From IMG/VR virus record IMGVR_UViG_2537561979_000006: a DNA stretch of 43,871 nt; one strand, given 5' to 3'. The translations under genes were made by a program, and so were the position numbers. This document shows positions 38,447-43,871 of the stretch, in pieces (position 1 is the first letter of the stretch; every line of letters starts with the position of its first letter). The DNA is from a virus (Duplodnaviria > Heunggongvirae > Uroviricota > Caudoviricetes). Under the pieces are notes generated by a model. The model worked only from the letters and a program-made list of their open reading frames with translations, did no database searches and was not told where the DNA came from.

Positions 38447-38965
38447 ATGGCGTTACCACGCAAACTGAAATACCTGAACATGTTTAACGACGGTCTCAGC
38501 TACATGGGCGTCGTTGAATCCGTCACCCTGCCAAAGCTGACCCGCAAGCTTGAGAAATATCGCGGCGGCGGGATGCCGGGCTCGGTGTCTATTGACCTCG
38601 GCCTCGACGACGACGCGCTGTCGCTTGAGTGGACGCTGGGCGGCCTGCCTGACGTCGCGCTGTGGGCGCAGTATGCGTCACCGGGTGCCGACAGCGTGCC
38701 GCTGCGCTTCACCGGCTCATTCCAGCGCGATGATACCGGCGCAATTTCCGCCGTTGAGGTGGTCATGCGTGGCCGTCACAAGGAGTACGACGGCGGCGAG
38801 AACAAACAGGGCGAAAGCGGCACGACCAAAATCGCGACCGAGTGCTCGTATTACCAGCTCACGATTGACGGCAAAGAGGTCATCGAGATTGACGTCGTCA
38901 ACATGGTGATGAAAGTCGACGGCGTTGACCGTCTCGCTGAGCACCGCCGGGCGATTGGCCTGTAA
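38447..38965 (+). CDS. FII: P2 gpFII-like tail tube protein
   Basis: 172 aa, same length as P2 FII. Confidence 0.9.
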   Translation: MALPRKLKYLNMFNDGLSYMGVVESVTLPKLTRKLEKYRGGGMPGSVSIDLGLDDDALSLEWTLGGLPDVALWAQYASPGADSVPLRFTGSFQRDDTGAISAVEVVMRGRHKEYDGGENKQGESGTTKIATECSYYQLTIDGKEVIEIDVVNMVMKVDGVDRLAEHRRAIGL

Positions 38966-39025
38966 CCCGTTAACCGGTCAGCCAGGCTGGCCGGTCACTT
39001 ACTCACATTCAAAGAGAGCAACATC

Positions 39026-39334
39026 ATGGAAAACATCAACGAAACCGCCACCATCGAAACCGAAAACCCAAACATTGTGATCCTCGATAATCCAATCATG
39101 CGCGGTGAGCAAAAAATCGAACAGGTGACCGTGTCCAAACCCAACGCCGGTACTCTGCGCGGTGTGAGTCTGGCCTCGCTGGCAAACTCTGACGTCGATG
39201 CGCTGATTAAGGTGCTGCCGCGCATGACGTACCCGGCGCTGACCGAGCCCGAGGTCATGCGTCTGGAAGCATCAGACCTGATTTTGTTCGCCGGTAAGGT
39301 GGTCGGTTTTTTGTCGCCATCTTCGGCTCGCTGA
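39026..39334 (+). CDS. E: P2 gpE-like tail assembly chaperone
   Basis: 102 aa; carries a slippery T6G tract near its 3' end. Confidence 0.8.
   Translation: MENINETATIETENPNIVILDNPIMRGEQKIEQVTVSKPNAGTLRGVSLASLANSDVDALIKVLPRMTYPALTEPEVMRLEASDLILFAGKVVGFLSPSSAR
39307..39313 (+). promoter_or_regulatory. Slippery site for the programmed -1 frameshift giving E+E'
   Basis: T TTT TTG heptamer in X XXY YYZ register; the -1 frame stays open from here to a stop at 39486-39488, overlapping the T start, as in the P2 E/E' arrangement. Confidence 0.65.
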
Positions 39335-39478
39335 CGTTCCCGGACAACCTTTCGGTCGATGACCTGATGGCGGATATCGCGGTGATATTTCACTGGCCGC
39401 CATCAGAGCTGAATTCCCTGAGCGTGACCGAGCTCATCACATGGCGCGAAAAGGCGCTGCAGCGAAGCGGACACCACC

Positions 39479-41926
39479 ATGAGCAATAACGTCAGGATTG
39501 AGGTACTGCTGAACGCAGTAGACCGGGCAAGCCGACCGCTCAAAGCTATCCAGACTGCCAGCAAGACCCTTGCTGGCGATATCCGCACTTCTCAGAACAG
39601 CCTGCGCGATCTGAATGCGCAGGCTGGCCGAATTGACGGATTCAGGAAAGCGAGCGCACAGCTTGCCGTGACAGGCCAGTCGCTTAACAAGGCGAAACAG
39701 GAAGCCGCCGCGCTGGCCGTCCAGTTTAAAAACACGCAGAACCCTACAACCGCGCAGGCGCGCGCGATGGAGGCGGCAAAGAAATCCGCCGCTGACCTGC
39801 AGCTCAAATACAACAGCCTCAGGCAGTCGGTACAGCGCCAGCGCACCGAGCTCGCGCAGGCCGGGATTAACACCCGTACTCTCTCGGCGGATGAGCGCCG
39901 CCTGAAAACCAGCATCAGTGAGACGACCGCGCAACTTAACCGGCAGCGCGAGGCACTGGCGCGGGTCAGTCAACAGCAGGCGCGACTCAGTCGCGTTAAA
40001 GAGCGTTATCAGGCCGGTAAATCCCTTGCCGGAGGCGCTGCAGCGGCAGGCGCGGCGGGCGTCGGTATCGCCACTGCGGGAACAATGGCCGGAGTGAAAT
40101 TACTCTCGCCCGGTTATGAGTTTGCACAGAAAAACTCTGAGCTGCAGGCCGTGCTCGGCGTTGATAAACAGTCACCCGAAATGGAGGCGCTGCGCAAACA
40201 GGCGCGCCAGCTCGGGGATAATACCGCTGCGTCTGCAGATGATGCGGCGAGCGCGCAGATTATCATTGCGAAAAGCGGCGGGGATGCCGCAGCGATTCAG
40301 GCGGCGACGCCGGTCACGCTGAATATGGCGCTGTCTAACCGTCGCTCGATGGAAGAAAACGCCGCGCTGCTGACGGGTATGAAATCCGCGTTTCAGATGT
40401 CAAACGACCAGATCGCACACATCGGCGACGTGCTGTCGATGACCATGAACAAAACGGCTGCTGACTTTGACGGGCTGAGCGACGCGCTGACGTATGCTGC
40501 GCCGGTGGCAAAAAATGCCGGGGTCAGTATCGAGCAGACCGCCGCAATGGTCGGCGCGCTCCATGACGCCAAAATCACCGGCTCGATGGCGGGGACGGGC
40601 AGCCGTGCCGTCCTGAGTCGCCTGCAGGCTCCGACCGGTAAGGCATACGAGGCTATCAAAGAGCTCGGCGTTAAAACGTCTGACAGCAAGGGCAACACGC
40701 GCCCGATATTCGCCATTCTGAAAGAAATGCAGCGCAGTTTTGAGAAAAATAATCTCGGAACAAGCCAGAAAGGCGAGTACATGAAAACCATCTTTGGTGA
40801 GGAAGCCAGCTCGGCGGCGGCGGTACTGATGACCGCTGCCTCAAGCGGCAAGCTCGACCAGCTCACGGCGGCGTTTAAAGCCTCGGACGGGAAAACCGCT
40901 GAGCTCGTTAAAATTATGCAGGACAACCTCGGCGGTGACTTCAAAGAATTCCAGTCAGCCTATGAGGCCGTCGGTACTGACCTGTTTGACCAGCAGGAGG
41001 GCTCACTGCGAAAGCTCACCCAGACCGCCACGAAATATGTGTTAAAGCTCGACGGCTGGATCCAGAAAAATCAGGGGCTGGCGCAAACCATCGGCATCAT
41101 CGCAGGCGGTGCACTGGCAATTATTGGCATCCTCGGGGCAATTGGTCTCGTTGCCTGGCCGGTTATTACCGGCATTAATATGTTAATAGCCGGTGCATCG
41201 CTGCTAGGAACGATTTTCTCGGTGGTGGGTGGTGCCATTATGGCCGTGCTCGGGGCGCTTACCTGGCCGATAGTGGCTATTGGCGTTGCCATCGTCGCCG
41301 GTGCGCTGCTTATCCGCAAATACTGGGAGCCCATAAGCGCGTTTTTCTCAGGCGTAATGGAGGGGCTAAAGCAGGCTTTTGCCCCTGTAGTGGAACTATT
41401 CGAACCGTTAAAGCCGGTTTTTGACTGGCTGGGTGACAAACTGAAAGCGGCATGGCAGTGGTTTAAAGACCTGATAGCCCCGGTTAAGTCGACGCAGGAG
41501 ACGCTCGACAGCTGCAAAAATGCGGGTGTGATGTTCGGTAAGATGCTGGCCGAAGCGCTGATGTTACCGCTCAAAAGCTTTAATACATTGCGCACCGGCG
41601 TTAACTGGCTGTTGGAAAAGCTCGGGGTTATCAATAAAGAATCGAGCGACCTTGACCAGAAGGCCGCTAAAGCCAGTGCCGCCACCGGCTCGCAAAATGG
41701 GGCTTATATTCCGGCAACCTCAGCATATGGCGGTTATCAGGCATATCAGCCGGTAACAGCACCCACTGGTAAGACTTACGTCGACCAGAGCAAGCCTGAA
41801 TATAACATCAACCTGAATGGTGGCATCGCGCCGGGCAGCGACCTTGACCGGCAACTCCGCGAGGCTGTCGATAGATTCGACCGTGAAAACCGTGCGCGTC
41901 AGCGCTCAAGTATGCGCCATGACTGA
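39479..41926 (+). CDS. T: P2 gpT-like tail tape measure protein
   Basis: 815 aa, same length as P2 T; coiled-coil N-terminus and Gly/Ala-rich hydrophobic C-terminal region. Confidence 0.9.
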   Translation: MSNNVRIEVLLNAVDRASRPLKAIQTASKTLAGDIRTSQNSLRDLNAQAGRIDGFRKASAQLAVTGQSLNKAKQEAAALAVQFKNTQNPTTAQARAMEAAKKSAADLQLKYNSLRQSVQRQRTELAQAGINTRTLSADERRLKTSISETTAQLNRQREALARVSQQQARLSRVKERYQAGKSLAGGAAAAGAAGVGIATAGTMAGVKLLSPGYEFAQKNSELQAVLGVDKQSPEMEALRKQARQLGDNTAASADDAASAQIIIAKSGGDAAAIQAATPVTLNMALSNRRSMEENAALLTGMKSAFQMSNDQIAHIGDVLSMTMNKTAADFDGLSDALTYAAPVAKNAGVSIEQTAAMVGALHDAKITGSMAGTGSRAVLSRLQAPTGKAYEAIKELGVKTSDSKGNTRPIFAILKEMQRSFEKNNLGTSQKGEYMKTIFGEEASSAAAVLMTAASSGKLDQLTAAFKASDGKTAELVKIMQDNLGGDFKEFQSAYEAVGTDLFDQQEGSLRKLTQTATKYVLKLDGWIQKNQGLAQTIGIIAGGALAIIGILGAIGLVAWPVITGINMLIAGASLLGTIFSVVGGAIMAVLGALTWPIVAIGVAIVAGALLIRKYWEPISAFFSGVMEGLKQAFAPVVELFEPLKPVFDWLGDKLKAAWQWFKDLIAPVKSTQETLDSCKNAGVMFGKMLAEALMLPLKSFNTLRTGVNWLLEKLGVINKESSDLDQKAAKASAATGSQNGAYIPATSAYGGYQAYQPVTAPTGKTYVDQSKPEYNINLNGGIAPGSDLDRQLREAVDRFDRENRARQRSSMRHD

Positions 41927-42058
41927 GGGGGATATTGGTGCTCATACGCACTCCGTTGCGATTGGTTCACATGGACACACCATCACCGTTAACGCTGCTG
42001 GTAACGCGGAAAACACCGTCAAAACATCGCATTTAACTATATTGTGAGGCTTGCATAA
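41919..42058 (+). pseudogene. 3' remnant of a side-tail-fibre gene, frameshifted
   Basis: Encodes ...[29 protein letters not shown]; the conserved ending [11 protein letters not shown]-stop is present but in another frame; an A4 run at 42021-42024 would need one more A. There is no upstream stf body: the frame runs back into the T gene. Confidence 0.6.
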
Positions 42059-42633
42059 TGGCATTCAGAATGAGTGAACAACCACGGACCATAAAAATTT
42101 ATAATCTGCTGGCCGGAACTAATGAATTTATTGGTGAAGGTGATGCATATATTCCGCCTCATACAGGTCTGCCAGCAAACAGTACCGATATTGCACCGCC
42201 AGATATTCCGGCTGGCTTCGTGGCTGTTTTCAACAGTGATGAGTCATCGTGGCATCTCGTTGAAGATCATCGGGGTAAAACGGTTTATGACGTGGCTTCC
42301 GGCGACGCGTTATTTATTTCTGAACTCGGTCCGTTACCGGAAAATGTTACCTGGTTATCGCCGGAAGGGGAGTTTCAGAAGTGGAACGGCACAGCCTGGG
42401 TGAAGGATACGGAAGCAGAAAAACTGTTCCGGATCCGGGAGGCGGAAGAAACAAAAAACAACCTGATGCAGGTAGCCAGTGAGCATATTGCGCCGCTTCA
42501 GGATGCTGCAGATCTGGAAATTGCAACGGAGGAAGAAATCTCGTTGCTGGAAGCATGGAAAAAGTATCGGGTATTGCTGAACCGTGTTGATACGTCAACT
42601 GCACAGGATATTGAATGGCCAGCACTGCCGTAG
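42058..42633 (+). CDS. tfa: Tail fibre assembly protein (Tfa)
   Basis: 191 aa; conserved Tfa C-terminus ([33 protein letters not shown]); its start overlaps the stf stop (TAATG). Confidence 0.8.
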
Positions 42634-42730
42634 GGTAAAACATATAAATTCTATAATTAGATGTATCTTTCCATTTACGGCAAGGAAGGGGGCTTGGAAG
42701 ACGTAAAGCATCTCACACCGAGATTATTTT

Positions 42731-43321
42731 TTATATGTCAGGTGTCTGAAGTTTTGCTTTGGCTCTTAAAATGGTTTGCCGCGAGGTTTTGAATTCCCGG
42801 GCAATGGCACTTATACTTACACCTGACTTAATTCGTTCGAATACCGCCTGTTTCTGTTCTTCATTTAACACAGGTGGTCGACCAAAACGTTTCCCTGCGC
42901 CGCGGGCTCTTACTATCCCGGAATGAGTGCGTTCAAGTAAAAGGTCTCGTTCAAATTCAGCGACTGCTGAAATTACTTGCATCATCATTTTTCCTGTTGG
43001 ACTGGTCAGGTCAATGCCCCCCAATGCTAAGCAATGCACTCTGATACCTGTTTCGGTCAGTTGTTCCACTGTTTTCCTGATATCCATTGCATTACAACCA
43101 AGGCGATCCAGTTTTGTCACAATCAATTGATCACCACATTTCAGGCGAGCAAGCAACCGGTTAAAACCAGGACGCTCACTGGTTGCTGCTGAGCCGCTAA
43201 TGTGTTCTTCGATTATTTGCTGAGGTTTGATTTTAAAACCTGCACTTTCGATTTCCCGGCGTTGATTTTCGGTGGTCTGATCCAGCGTTGATATCCGACA
43301 GTAAGCAAAAATTTGAGACAT
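42731..43321 (-). CDS. pin: Serine recombinase / DNA invertase (Pin/Gin/Hin family)
   Basis: 196 aa; N-terminal catalytic-serine region (YCRISTLDQ) and C-terminal HTH; adjacent to the stf/tfa segment. Confidence 0.85.
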   Translation of the reverse strand: MSQIFAYCRISTLDQTTENQRREIESAGFKIKPQQIIEEHISGSAATSERPGFNRLLARLKCGDQLIVTKLDRLGCNAMDIRKTVEQLTETGIRVHCLALGGIDLTSPTGKMMMQVISAVAEFERDLLLERTHSGIVRARGAGKRFGRPPVLNEEQKQAVFERIKSGVSISAIAREFKTSRQTILRAKAKLQTPDI

Positions 43322-43637
43322 AGTGAGACTCTATACGAAATTGGTGTTCATATCATAATGCATCTCAGAAAATAATTATGATTATTTTTGTGCATATTTG
43401 TATGTACACGTTCGAAAATAAACGAATGCGTATGCAACCCCGTAATTTTGGTGAGACCCAAAATCGATTTTGTGAAAAATGGCTTTAACTCGGTTTGTTT
43501 TTCGAGTTCCGGGCGGACTCAAGGAAGAAGAATAGTGTTGCGTGTTATTTTAACCAGATTTCAAGTTGTTTGGTCGTGGAAAAGTGGAGCAAAATGTTGT
43601 TAAAGTGGAAAAATGATAAAAAAGTAAGTTTATTATA

Positions 43638-43871
43638 TTACATTTTACCATTTAAATTTTGGTTGTCTTTAAGAACTGATATCGCTGTTTGTAATAATTC
43701 TTTGTTATCCAGCCATGATTTTTTCTTTATGTTTCCTTCAATGTAATCAAGCAATGTTCTGGTATTGATAGGTCTTCCCTGTTTTGCTACTTCCACTACA
43801 GCATCCCCTAGGATAATTCTTACTTCAGGAAGCTGCGCAGGGAACCACTTTAGGGTGTCTTTTGATTTCAT
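43638..43871 (-). CDS. YdfK/YnaE-like small protein
   Basis: Complete 77-aa ORF whose start codon is the last three bases of the window; this gene neighbours pin in Qin-type prophages. Confidence 0.55.
   Translation of the reverse strand: MKSKDTLKWFPAQLPEVRIILGDAVVEVAKQGRPINTRTLLDYIEGNIKKKSWLDNKELLQTAISVLKDNQNLNGKM

Overview
The window appears to be an enterobacterial (E. coli-like) composite prophage region, identified by reading the ORF translations and motifs by eye; no database search was run. (1) Positions 1-14.8 kb are a Qin-like lambdoid cryptic prophage: integrase, excisionase, a 709-aa exonuclease, the divergent dicA/dicC immunity pair with operator palindromes, a decayed segment with a methyltransferase fragment, a DDE-transposase IS, flxA with a sigma-28-type promoter, relB-relE-hokD, a Q antiterminator remnant with tR'-like terminator, cspF/cspB, a pinholin/SAR-endolysin/Rz-Rz1 lysis cassette and cspI. 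(2) From 15.1 kb a P2-like prophage runs in prophage order: int-C-cox-orf78-B-orf80-orf81-A | cargo slot | cos | Q,P | O,N,M,L,X,holin,K,lysB/lysC,R,S | AT-rich moron | V,W,J,I,H,G | FI,FII,E/E',T. It stops right after T (U, D and ogr absent) and is fused to a tail-fibre 3' remnant, tfa, a Pin-type invertase and ydfK. The two most interesting loci are both AT-rich single-gene cargo at known P2 moron/defence slots: a DUF4238-like protein between A and cos, and a ~600-aa polytopic membrane protein of no recognisable family between S and V. Three conserved genes (dicA, gpL, the stf remnant) each carry an apparent 1-nt deletion in a homopolymer run, which points to systematic sequencing error or real decay and should be resolved before interpreting gene integrity.
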